Virus record (IMG/VR): IMGVR_UViG_2531839665_000026
Coordinates: 1 to 13,781 of that record
DNA length: 13,781 nt
Direction: 5' to 3' (one strand)
Source: a virus
Taxonomy: Duplodnaviria; Heunggongvirae; Uroviricota; Caudoviricetes
Shown: positions 5,821-12,776 of the stretch, piece after piece
Position numbering within the stretch: the first letter of the stretch is position 1
Layout: each line of letters opens with the position of its first letter
Made by a program: the position numbers and the translations under genes
The notes under the pieces: generated by a model
The model's database searches: none
What the model was told of the DNA's origin: nothing
What the model saw: only the letters and a program-made list of their open reading frames with translations

Positions 5821-8643
5821 TCATATATCGCTGCGCGTTTTTTGCTCATTTACGGGATTCGTGAGTCCCGTTTCTGTCTGTTTTTTGTTTCCACTGGTCA
5901 GGCCACCCTGCAGCAGGTCTGCTTTGCGGTTGGCGCGTTCAGTGGTTTCACTGATTCTCTGTGCGTGCTCTGCGTCACGGATGGCGCGCAGCATGTCAGA
6001 AAGCACGGTAACGGGGGTTTTCATGGTGTTCTGGTCCTGCTGAAGTGTGGATGCCAGACGTGCGGCGGCTTCGGGGTCTGATGCCCCCAGTTGTTCCAGA
6101 TAGCTGGCGACCGGGTTATGGCGGATCTCTGTGCTGCTTACGCCGTGATTACGGCTCAGGCGCTGCCAGAGCTGCGTGATTCGGCTGTCCGGGCGGGTAT
6201 CCGGTTTGCGTACAATTTCAAATCCCTGCGGTGCAATGATGCTGCCGTCAACGTACAGGCTGCCGCCCCGTAGCAGGTGCTGCATCTGCTGTTCACCGAT
6301 ATGCAGGCCGAGAGATTCGGCAGACTCCCGCCATTCTTTAGCGAGTAATTCGTGGTTATCAGGCAAAGGCCGCTGCTGTTTGCGGCTCTGTGTCCAGCTC
6401 TGCATTTCATCACTGCTGTTTTTTGCCTGTTTGTCACGAAGCGAACGCATCAGCGCCCGGCGTTCGTGCCGTTTCAGTGAGCGCATCCATTCGTTCACTT
6501 CAACGCCATCAGGGAGCTGCGGCCACGGTGCTGGCTGTTCTTCCGGCTGTTCTGTCCCGTTGTTGTTCGTTTCCTGTACACGGGGACAGTTATTGCCACG
6601 AGTCCAAGGGGCGGCAGGGCCGCCCTGAAGGTCAAAACCATTTTCGCGGGCGCTGTCTTCCGCTTCCGGTTTACGTCTTACCAGCTTCCAGTTATCCGGA
6701 TGTGTGCACACACGGGAAGACTCCCCGATGAGTGGTGACCAGATCCCGTAAATCTGTACGCTCTGTTCGCCGTAATCGTTCAGCTCATCTGCGAGGTCGT
6801 AGGCGGTGCGAATCAGGTAGTCTTTGCGTGGAACAAGTACGCCGCCCTGTTTCTCAATGTAGGAGGCAAAACATCCGGCATCAGCGGCAGCGAGCACTGC
6901 ATCCATTGCGTCATCCTTCAGCCGTTGCGGGCCTTCCGGGTTGCGTGCCATCTGGCTGGCAAGGCGACGCAGTTCACGCCACACCTGACGGGAGGGGATG
7001 CCAAAGAACTGGAACTGGCGGACCCGGTGAAGGCGCGCCCAGCCAATGGCGCGTTCCACGCTCTCGGTCATTGATTTTCCGGTTTCGTGGTCAACGCGTG
7101 GTTTGCCTGTTTTCGGGTCGATGCCATCCACGGCGCGGCTGTCCAGGTTCTTTCCGATGTAGGTGGCGATGTAGCTGGTTGGCGTGCCTTTTGAGCCGTC
7201 GACGTACTCCGCTTTAAAACGCGGAGTTATGTCATCGCCCAGCTCGTGGCGGTCTTCCTGAATGGCAATATCGCAGACGTGGGACACGATGGTTTCAATC
7301 TCGTCCGGATGTGCAAAGACCATCATATGCCAGTGCACGGTGCCGTCATGGTGAGGCTCCACCGTGCGGATGCCATACCAGCGCAGGCCGTCGCGGTTCA
7401 GTTTCTTGCGGACCGCCGCAAAAAACGTGTTAACCAGGTAATCGCTGGAGTCGCGCATGGTGGCCCCGTTCCATTTGGGATTCGGATGACCGTTCTCTGT
7501 TGTAGCGTGGTATTTTGACGGGCAGGTGACAGTCAGAAACACCGCTCTGTCGCCACGGGCTTCGGCCAGAAGTTCCAGTCCCTTCATGGTGGCCATCATT
7601 TCTGCCTTACGGTGAACCGGGTTACTTACTCCCGCGTAATACACTGTCTCGAGATCAATCGTGAACCCGTCTTCATTTTCCAGCATGAAACTTTTCAGGA
7701 AATCGCGTGTTTTCTCGCGCTGTGCGCGAAACTCGCTTAACGCGTCCTGGCTCAGATAGGGTGATGTTTTTCTGGAAACCAGACAGGCGGCGCGGAGTTG
7801 TTCTTCTCTCCACTCGCAACGTAACAGCCACAATTTGCGTTTCCACCAGTCCGCACAGGTCAGGCGAAGGATTGCACCCGGCAGCAGTTCTGTGTCCGGT
7901 TCGTTCCTCCGGTCTTTGTCTGTTGTCAGTGCGTCATAATGTGGAGGCATGGTGTGCAGATGTAACGCCATGCGAGCCAGCAGCTGATACGCCTTCAGCG
8001 TTATATCCATGGTCAGCTCGCCATCGGTCGCGCCAAAGCCATCGCAGAGTTTTTCGAAGGTGCTGCTGAACATTGCCGCCGTCATGACGGCCAGTGTCTG
8101 TATCTGGTGTTTGTTGAGCTGCGGCAGGTAAAGTAAATCGTCCAGACGTTCACGTCCGGCAAGGGAGCGATAACCCGGAGTCAGCCAGCGTCCGTCAGTG
8201 CGGGCCAGACGTTCCAATATTTTGCGCAGGGTTCCGCGTGCATAGCGTTCCGCCTGCCAGCTCTTTTTGCCTTTCCGGCGATCGGCTTCCTGCTTTTTGC
8301 GCAGGAAGGAGAGGTGGCGAATAAGCGGATCGCGCAGATAGGACGGCAGCAGGCGCAGCGAGGCCATGGCTTCATCCACCGCACCGCGTGCCTGTTTTCT
8401 GGCGTCTCTGGCCAGTGTGATGGTTTTGTCCTGCTTTTCCTGTGCGTCCAGGCTTTTATTAATCAGGTTGCCCAGCGGCGTTGCGGAGAACGCCGCATCA
8501 GCCATTTCCTGGCGTCGCTCGTTCTCTACCCGGTAAGCATCCAGCCAGGAGGAAAGCGCGGATTCAGGTGCGGGGATCCCCGTACCTTCACGCCCTACTG
8601 CGTGGCGCGGTTGTTGCCAGTCCCTGATGTACTCTGTCGTCAT
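5821..8643 (-). CDS. A: Rolling-circle replication initiator gpA-like (HUH endonuclease), 940 aa
   Basis: Long minus-strand ORF with an HUH-type motif (TVHWHMMVF) and paired tyrosines (TSYIATYIGK), as in the P2 gene A protein. It sits downstream of cox and the small early genes, as in P2. It is longer than P2 gpA (about 761 aa) because of a C-terminal extension. Confidence 0.85.
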   Translation of the reverse strand: MTTEYIRDWQQPRHAVGREGTGIPAPESALSSWLDAYRVENERRQEMADAAFSATPLGNLINKSLDAQEKQDKTITLARDARKQARGAVDEAMASLRLLPSYLRDPLIRHLSFLRKKQEADRRKGKKSWQAERYARGTLRKILERLARTDGRWLTPGYRSLAGRERLDDLLYLPQLNKHQIQTLAVMTAAMFSSTFEKLCDGFGATDGELTMDITLKAYQLLARMALHLHTMPPHYDALTTDKDRRNEPDTELLPGAILRLTCADWWKRKLWLLRCEWREEQLRAACLVSRKTSPYLSQDALSEFRAQREKTRDFLKSFMLENEDGFTIDLETVYYAGVSNPVHRKAEMMATMKGLELLAEARGDRAVFLTVTCPSKYHATTENGHPNPKWNGATMRDSSDYLVNTFFAAVRKKLNRDGLRWYGIRTVEPHHDGTVHWHMMVFAHPDEIETIVSHVCDIAIQEDRHELGDDITPRFKAEYVDGSKGTPTSYIATYIGKNLDSRAVDGIDPKTGKPRVDHETGKSMTESVERAIGWARLHRVRQFQFFGIPSRQVWRELRRLASQMARNPEGPQRLKDDAMDAVLAAADAGCFASYIEKQGGVLVPRKDYLIRTAYDLADELNDYGEQSVQIYGIWSPLIGESSRVCTHPDNWKLVRRKPEAEDSARENGFDLQGGPAAPWTRGNNCPRVQETNNNGTEQPEEQPAPWPQLPDGVEVNEWMRSLKRHERRALMRSLRDKQAKNSSDEMQSWTQSRKQQRPLPDNHELLAKEWRESAESLGLHIGEQQMQHLLRGGSLYVDGSIIAPQGFEIVRKPDTRPDSRITQLWQRLSRNHGVSSTEIRHNPVASYLEQLGASDPEAAARLASTLQQDQNTMKTPVTVLSDMLRAIRDAEHAQRISETTERANRKADLLQGGLTSGNKKQTETGLTNPVNEQKTRSDI
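5849..5883. repeat. Repeat R2: second copy of the 35-bp unit, lying inside the last codons of gene A
   Basis: TTACGGGATTCGTGAGTCCCGTTTCTGTCTGTTTT. 29 of 35 positions match R1, with most differences in the hairpin loop. It sits 72 bp to the right of R1. Confidence 0.6.
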
Positions 8644-8649
8644 ACTGAT

Positions 8650-9015
8650 TTACTTCGTCATGCCATTCAGGGTGTCACGGCAAACGGCAGCCAGACGCTG
8701 AATTTCCAGCACGGTGTCTTCTGTGTCGGCATGGCGATGTGTGATGCGGATGCTGTCGGCAATCACATCGACGATTGCAGAGGATGGGCGCTGGTAAATG
8801 CCAATAACGGACGGGGTGCCACCTTCAATGCGGTAAAGCCTGTAATTTCCCTCGTGGCTGTCAATCATGTAGCGACCATCAATAACAATCTTTCCGTCAG
8901 CGAGCTGCGGTACAGGCAGGGATTTCAGGTACATGTCATAACGATCACGCACGCGAGCGGCAAGATCACGCTCTGTGTTGAGCAGGTATTCAAGAAAGTC
9001 GTTGGCGAGAATCAT
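8650..9015 (-). CDS. Hypothetical early protein, 121 aa
   Basis: ORF with AAGAGGA SD 8 nt before ATG at 9015. Its stop is 7 nt before the A start. No family recognised. Confidence 0.6.
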   Translation of the reverse strand: MILANDFLEYLLNTERDLAARVRDRYDMYLKSLPVPQLADGKIVIDGRYMIDSHEGNYRLYRIEGGTPSVIGIYQRPSSAIVDVIADSIRITHRHADTEDTVLEIQRLAAVCRDTLNGMTK

Positions 9016-9087
9016 TGCGGCAATCCTCTTGTTACAGATGTGCGAAGGCCTCCCGCCGCAAGGTGCAGGAAAGGCCCGGAACAGGAA

Positions 9088-9318
9088 TTAATGGAGTTTG
9101 TTTTGCTGCTGGATGAGCTGTTGAAGCTCGTGCAGATCATCCGCCAGATAACTGAAAACAGAGGCGGAATAAATGTTTGATAGTGCGTGGCTGCGCTCAT
9201 GCAGCATATTGATGTGCATGATTTGCGCGACGCGTGATGCGCGGAAAAGTCTACGGTTGATTTCAGTCTGGATGTGACGACGCGCAGCGTATGCGCGCTG
9301 TTGTTTGCGGTTTGCCAT
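9088..9318 (-). CDS. Hypothetical early protein, 76 aa
   Basis: ORF with AGAGG SD 7 nt before ATG at 9318. Basic N-terminus (MANRKQQRAYAARRHIQTEINRR). Confidence 0.55.
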   Translation of the reverse strand: MANRKQQRAYAARRHIQTEINRRLFRASRVAQIMHINMLHERSHALSNIYSASVFSYLADDLHELQQLIQQQNKLH

Positions 9319-9361
9319 GGTGTGGCCTCTTTGCTCGGTGATAGAAATAGCTCACCATCCA

Positions 9362-9404
9362 GAGTTGAGAATCTCGGGGTGGCGAGACGTACAGGGTTCT
9401 CAAC
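9362..9404. repeat. Inverted repeat GTTGAGAA ... TTCTCAAC (25-nt loop), with a third direct copy of GTTGAGAATC at 9540-9549
   Basis: GTTGAGAATC at 9364-9373, its inverse TTCTCAAC at 9397-9404, and GTTGAGAATC again at 9540-9549. Both direct copies are preceded by CTTTGCTC. Confidence 0.55.
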
Positions 9405-9495
9405 ACCGGAGAGCAAAGAATCCGGCCCGACCGAAGTCGGCCCCGTACGCCCCGCCATAATTCTGACGCGAAAAAGACGTGGCAATACAGTACGC

Positions 9496-9518
9496 ACAAA
9501 AAAACCGCTGGCGCGGTT
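9496..9518 (-). terminator. Intrinsic terminator on the minus strand, downstream of the 67/88/99-aa gene block
   Basis: Stem AACCGC (9503-9508) / GCGGTT (9513-9518), loop TGGC. The plus-strand A7 run (9498-9504) becomes the U tract of a minus-strand transcript. Confidence 0.6.
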
Positions 9519-9590
9519 ATGCGCTTTGCTCTGTATCGGGTTGAGAATCCCGGCACCCGTTTTATGAGGTGCAGCGGAAATGTAACCTGA

Positions 9591-9619
9591 CCGATTGCGG
9601 CATGGCAAGCGGTTTTTTT
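9591..9619 (+). terminator. Intrinsic terminator on the plus strand, ending an unannotated plus-strand transcript
   Basis: CCGATTGC (9591-9598) / GCAAGCGG (9605-9612) with one A-G mismatch, loop GGCATG, followed by T7 (9613-9619). Confidence 0.5.
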
Positions 9620-9640
9620 GTGTGTGCATGTTCTGGTTTC

Positions 9641-9940
9641 TTACTGGTTCAGAAAAAAATCAAAAACCTTGTCAATGCGTTGCAGCAGCTCTTGCTGTAT
9701 TGCTTCCGGCGTTTCCGGTTCGCCGGGTGCCTCCAACGTCGCGCAGAAATCAGCGATTTCATGATGGAGTGTCAGGCGAATGGCAGGAGCCGTGGTTCTG
9801 GCGTGCTCCAGCTCATCCAGCAGTGCCAGCACAGCAGACGGCGAGAGCATTGCGCGAAACGCCAGTAATTTTTGAGGCGTTGCCATTCGTTGCAGGGCAA
9901 ATGCCAGTTCGCGTAGCTTCTGGTGGTTGATGGTGCTCAT
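9641..9940 (-). CDS. Hypothetical protein, 99 aa
   Basis: ORF whose ATG overlaps the upstream stop as ATGA (9937-9940). No family recognised. Confidence 0.55.
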   Translation of the reverse strand: MSTINHQKLRELAFALQRMATPQKLLAFRAMLSPSAVLALLDELEHARTTAPAIRLTLHHEIADFCATLEAPGEPETPEAIQQELLQRIDKVFDFFLNQ

Positions 9941-10203
9941 GTTCTGGCTTCCTTCAGTAGCTGGTTAAACATGTGAGTAAGTGGATTGCTACACCCGAAC
10001 GGCATCGGGTTTACGTGGTAAGAAGCCTGGCCTCCAGTTTTGCGAGCGCGACCACCTGTGCTGCGGTTTGTTCTGATGACTAAGCCGCCGCGCCAAAGTT
10101 GGCGTAACTCAGCATTAATGGCTGTGGTTGGAGTATTCAGTGCTGCGGCGATCTCTCCGCCGCTACAACCCGGATGAGTAGCGATGTAGTCCAGAATGGT
10201 CAT
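9937..10203 (-). CDS. Putative winged-helix DNA-binding protein, 88 aa
   Basis: ATGA overlap with the upstream gene (10200-10203). The N-terminal LDYIATHPGCSGGEIAAALNTPTTAINAELRQL is typical of a wHTH recognition segment. This is a weak fold-level inference. Confidence 0.5.
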   Translation of the reverse strand: MTILDYIATHPGCSGGEIAAALNTPTTAINAELRQLWRGGLVIRTNRSTGGRARKTGGQASYHVNPMPFGCSNPLTHMFNQLLKEART

Positions 10204-10403
10204 CTGCGTGGCTCCTGTACCTGTCGGATAAGATTCACCCGCGCCACGTTGGTGGCGCAGAAGTAAGTGCCGTCAGTGAGGTAGATGTGGTGTGCATCCT
10301 TTTCCGAACGATGTTTGTCGATAGTGGTAATCAGGCGTTCGTCGACCTCGTATTCGCGCCCTCTGGAGGTAAAGCGAACGACGGGAAAATGCTTAATTGC
10401 CAT
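10200..10403 (-). CDS. Hypothetical protein, 67 aa
   Basis: Strong AAGGAGG SD 5 nt before ATG at 10403. First gene of a three-gene translationally coupled block. Confidence 0.55.
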   Translation of the reverse strand: MAIKHFPVVRFTSRGREYEVDERLITTIDKHRSEKDAHHIYLTDGTYFCATNVARVNLIRQVQEPRR

Positions 10404-10489
10404 TACGCCTCCTTGGCGTGTGCGAATACCTCCGCGAATGCGGATTGTTTTTACATTTTCTTATTTAATCTGTGGTTTTATTTGCTCTG

Positions 10490-10603
10490 TTATTCGCCAG
10501 TGAAAAAGCGTTCAATCTTTTTTATTGAATGAATAATTCGCATAATCCCAATAGCGCAGGCCACCGAAATAATCAGAACAAGCCATGAGATAAATATACT
10601 CAT
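10490..10603 (-). CDS. Small hydrophobic peptide, 37 aa (below the ORF-track cutoff)
   Basis: ATG at 10601-10603 overlaps the stop of the upstream 80-aa gene as ATGA. Translation MSIFISWLVLIISVACAIGIMRIIHSIKKIERFFTGE has one predicted transmembrane helix and a basic tail. Confidence 0.45.
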   Translation of the reverse strand: MSIFISWLVLIISVACAIGIMRIIHSIKKIERFFTGE

Positions 10604-10842
10604 GCGATATTCCCCAGCTCATACGGTTCAATATGTTCCCCGCATTCTGCGGCACAGATCAGCTCGGAAAGTTCGTTAAGTGCATCCAGATCATCAGCGT
10701 AAAAAGCCACGTCATACAGACTTCGGATTGCTCTGGTCAATGAGTCACGGGCCGCACGTTCAGCATGAGCGCCTGATGCACTTAAGCGAAAATAAAAGCG
10801 CTCAAGTGCTTTGTTAATGAGAGTTTTATATTCTTTGCCCAT
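10600..10842 (-). CDS. Hypothetical protein, 80 aa
   Basis: ORF starting 11 nt after the stop of the upstream gene. No family recognised. Confidence 0.5.
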   Translation of the reverse strand: MGKEYKTLINKALERFYFRLSASGAHAERAARDSLTRAIRSLYDVAFYADDLDALNELSELICAAECGEHIEPYELGNIA

Positions 10843-10853
10843 CGCAACGCCCT

Positions 10854-11141
10854 TTAATCTGCTTTCTGAATTTCAGTTTCTGAATCCATACAGATAATTT
10901 CGATATAGGGTTTATCGCCATTAACCTGACGAGCCTTTTCAGCTTCGCTAATGATTTCGCGTACGGTCTGGTACGGAAGTTCCACGATCAGTCGCGTGCC
11001 GTTCAGATAAACGTAAGTGGCTTCGGCGGCTCCGTTTTTCCCCGCCGGAGCCACTCCATCAATAGCGGATGCGCGTAATAACAGTTCACCGCGAAAATCA
11101 ATAAAGCGGATAAATACACCTTGAGTATGGTCTTTAGTCAT
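10854..11141 (-). CDS. Hypothetical protein, 95 aa (internal start of the 115-codon ORF-track entry)
   Basis: ATG at 11141 is preceded by AGGTG (5-nt spacer) and avoids overlap with the upstream gene. The longer start at 11201 would overlap that gene by 50 nt. Confidence 0.5.
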   Translation of the reverse strand: MTKDHTQGVFIRFIDFRGELLLRASAIDGVAPAGKNGAAEATYVYLNGTRLIVELPYQTVREIISEAEKARQVNGDKPYIEIICMDSETEIQKAD

Positions 11142-11151
11142 AAAGCACCTG

Positions 11152-11493
11152 TTATAAATCAGCCTGTTTAATAAAACTCTGTCCACGCAGCAGACGATCA
11201 ACCGTGCGAAGCGCTTCGTATAATGTGAAATCCTGCCCGAACTGATTGTCGCCGCTGCTCAGAGCAAAAATGCGGTTTCCGGTAAACGGATTGCGCGGGC
11301 ATTTGTGGACCACGATTCCAGCTTTCTCAATCAGCCAGGCATGCTCGCCGATTTGTTTTACTGGGTAGCCATCCGGCGTTGCGTGTGTATCACTCAGGCT
11401 GTAGCGGATGTTGCTGCGTGATGCACTGGTAGCAAAACGGTTAGCGTGGCGTTCTGCACCATTGCGAAAGCGTGAATTACGTTGCTGTTTCAT
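11152..11493 (-). CDS. Hypothetical early protein, 113 aa
   Basis: ORF in the early operon between cox and A. It may correspond positionally to one of the P2 early genes (B region), but I cannot confirm this by sequence. Confidence 0.5.
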   Translation of the reverse strand: MKQQRNSRFRNGAERHANRFATSASRSNIRYSLSDTHATPDGYPVKQIGEHAWLIEKAGIVVHKCPRNPFTGNRIFALSSGDNQFGQDFTLYEALRTVDRLLRGQSFIKQADL

Positions 11494-11494
11494 G

Positions 11495-11602
11495 TTAAAG
11501 ACTCTGTACAGATTTAATTATTCCGGCATAGAGGCCGAACTCAAAATATTTGCGATTAAATCGCATCGCATTGTTTTCACGTTTTGCGGACTGCTGGTTC
11601 AT
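11495..11602 (-). CDS. Small ORF, 35 aa (below the ORF-track cutoff)
   Basis: GGAGG lies 8 nt before ATG at 11602. Its stop TAA is 1 nt before the ATG of the 113-aa gene. Translation MNQQSAKRENNAMRFNRKYFEFGLYAGIIKSVQSL. Confidence 0.4.
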   Translation of the reverse strand: MNQQSAKRENNAMRFNRKYFEFGLYAGIIKSVQSL

Positions 11603-11653
11603 TTTCGTTTGCCTCCGCACATGAGAATTGCGCCGCTTAAGAGGTAACCGAAG

Positions 11654-11676
11654 TTAATTGATAGTATTACAATTAA
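11654..11676. repeat. Inverted repeat TTAATTG-N9-CAATTAA in an intergenic gap of the early operon
   Basis: Read directly. It lies between the 68-aa membrane protein gene and the 35-aa ORF. It may be an operator or an internal promoter element. Confidence 0.4.
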
Positions 11677-11745
11677 CATAAGGTCCAATTTGTCCATGCC
11701 ACACATAATTACCCTCATTGCAGTAGTTGTGGGTTGTCAGGTTTC

Positions 11746-11952
11746 TCACCCGATAAACCAGATAACAAACGCTATCAACATCGCCCCAATAGCTGCCGGG
11801 AAAAGTCCTTTGGTATAAGCGGCGATATATTCAATGCTGAGTTCAATAAAGCGTTCTTTATGTCCCGTTAACTTGCGAAACAAATAGATCTCTATTACGC
11901 CTATCTCAATAAAAACAAGGGTCAGAATGGCGCTGATGATATGGCTGGTCAT
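11746..11952 (-). CDS. Small membrane protein, 68 aa, two predicted transmembrane helices
   Basis: Starts 6 nt after the cox stop. Two hydrophobic stretches (IISAILTLVFIEIGVIEIYLF and AAIGAMLIAFVIWFIG). Confidence 0.5.
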   Translation of the reverse strand: MTSHIISAILTLVFIEIGVIEIYLFRKLTGHKERFIELSIEYIAAYTKGLFPAAIGAMLIAFVIWFIG

Positions 11953-11958
11953 TTATGA

Positions 11959-12246
11959 CTAAAGTCCCAGCCACAACAACCATGCGTCGCGGCGTTCTTT
12001 CGGTTGCTCAAAAAACGCTTTGCGCATGCCTTCGTTAAATGCTGGCAGATATACCCAGTTTTCTGATGCACGCGTCTTTACTGAACCTGGTTTCACAAAG
12101 TCAATTGTTGGTAGCTTTGCTGCGTCAATCATGGTTCTGACTGTGGATTCCTTGCGGCCGATCATCTTGGCGAATAGTTGATATGGCACCGCTTCAAGTG
12201 GATATGGTGCTACCTGAATGAACCCCCCAAGCTCTGATTCGCTCAT
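11959..12246 (-). CDS. cox: Cox-like excisionase / early-operon regulator (95 aa)
   Basis: Matches P2 Cox as I recall it (VPYQLFAKMIGRKESTVRTMIDAAKLPTIDF...ENWVYLPAFNEGMRKAFFEQPKERRDAWLLWLGL against ...IPYQEFAKLIGKSTGAVRRMIDKGKLPVIDM...EYWVYLPAWNNGLKLAYESRPKEIRDGWLMWLGL). AGGGAGA SD. Divergent from C. Confidence 0.85.
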   Translation of the reverse strand: MSESELGGFIQVAPYPLEAVPYQLFAKMIGRKESTVRTMIDAAKLPTIDFVKPGSVKTRASENWVYLPAFNEGMRKAFFEQPKERRDAWLLWLGL

Positions 12247-12320
12247 TGTGGTAATCTCCCTAATTCGTTCGAATGGCTCAAAATGGCTTATATCGGCTTA
12301 TTTGAGTGTTTTTATGTTTG

Positions 12321-12366
12321 TGCCCGATGTGGCATGTTGTGATGGAGGACATGCCCGATATGGCAT
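12321..12366. promoter_or_regulatory. Putative immunity operator: two 15-bp direct repeats in the cox/C switch region
   Basis: TGCCCGATGTGGCAT (12321-12335) and TGCCCGATATGGCAT (12352-12366), 31 bp apart. The second overlaps the likely C start. A consensus TTGACA on the minus strand at 12370-12375 abuts the second repeat. P2 C is known to bind a pair of direct repeats at the early promoter. Confidence 0.5.
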
Positions 12367-12680
12367 CTTTGTCAAGCATGGGTGAAAAATTTCGCCTGAT
12401 TCGTGAAGCAGAAGGTATGACCCGCCAGGAGTTTGCGGATTGTGTTGGGCTGCCTTATGGGACGGTAACTAACTATGAGGTGAGGGGGAAGCAAGTAACA
12501 GAGGGTGCCTTACTTAAGGTTACGAAACACCCTAAATTTAAGAAGTATGCTTATTGGTTATCAACAGATGAAACGATGCCGGAGGTCGGGCAAATTTCTC
12601 CGGCTCTCTCTCTTGATGGTTCCTGCAATTCGGAGGGAGATCGCGTTTCAACCGAAACAATCCAAAAATTATCCCGCTGA
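12360..12680 (+). CDS. C: C repressor-like immunity repressor (106 aa from ATG at 12360)
   Basis: MGEKFRLIREAEGMTRQEFADCVGLPYGTVTNYE...KFKKYAYWLSTDETMPEVGQISPALS parallels P2 C as I recall it (ISEKIVLMRKSEYLSRQQLADLTGVPYGTLSYYE...QFTKYTLWFMTNQIAPESGQIAPALA). The start is ambiguous between 12342, 12360 and 12378; the ORF-track start at 12306 is unlikely. Confidence 0.8.
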   Translation: MASLSSMGEKFRLIREAEGMTRQEFADCVGLPYGTVTNYEVRGKQVTEGALLKVTKHPKFKKYAYWLSTDETMPEVGQISPALSLDGSCNSEGDRVSTETIQKLSR

Positions 12681-12776
12681 GGCCAGAAAACTGGTTAGAC
12701 CTGCTTTTTGTCTGGTCTGATTATTGCTGGAAAGAGGCTGGAGAAATTGTAGAGCGGTTCATTGGAGGGCTTCGTA

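Noticed and set aside
5801-8384. Several plus-strand ORFs (for example 6176-6628, 6732-7217, 7707-8069, 8181-8384 on minus in another frame)
   Set aside because: All lie inside or antisense to the gene A coding region. They are Arg/Cys/Ser-rich frames typical of GC-rich shadow ORFs.
8314-9180. 288-aa plus-strand ORF
   Set aside because: It is antisense to the 5' end of A and to the 121-aa gene, crosses an intergenic gap, and has no RBS. It is a shadow ORF.
9012-9629. 205-aa minus-strand ORF and the overlapping 97-aa ORFs (9263-9556 minus, 9274-9567 plus)
   Set aside because: They run through the structured non-coding island and across a terminator, overlap the better-supported 76-aa gene in another frame, and have non-protein-like composition.
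12306-12359. N-terminal extension MFLCLCPMWHVVMEDMPD on the C repressor ORF
   Set aside because: The extension has no counterpart in P2 C, is Cys-rich, and would place the start inside the operator repeats. The downstream ATG gives a repressor of the expected size.
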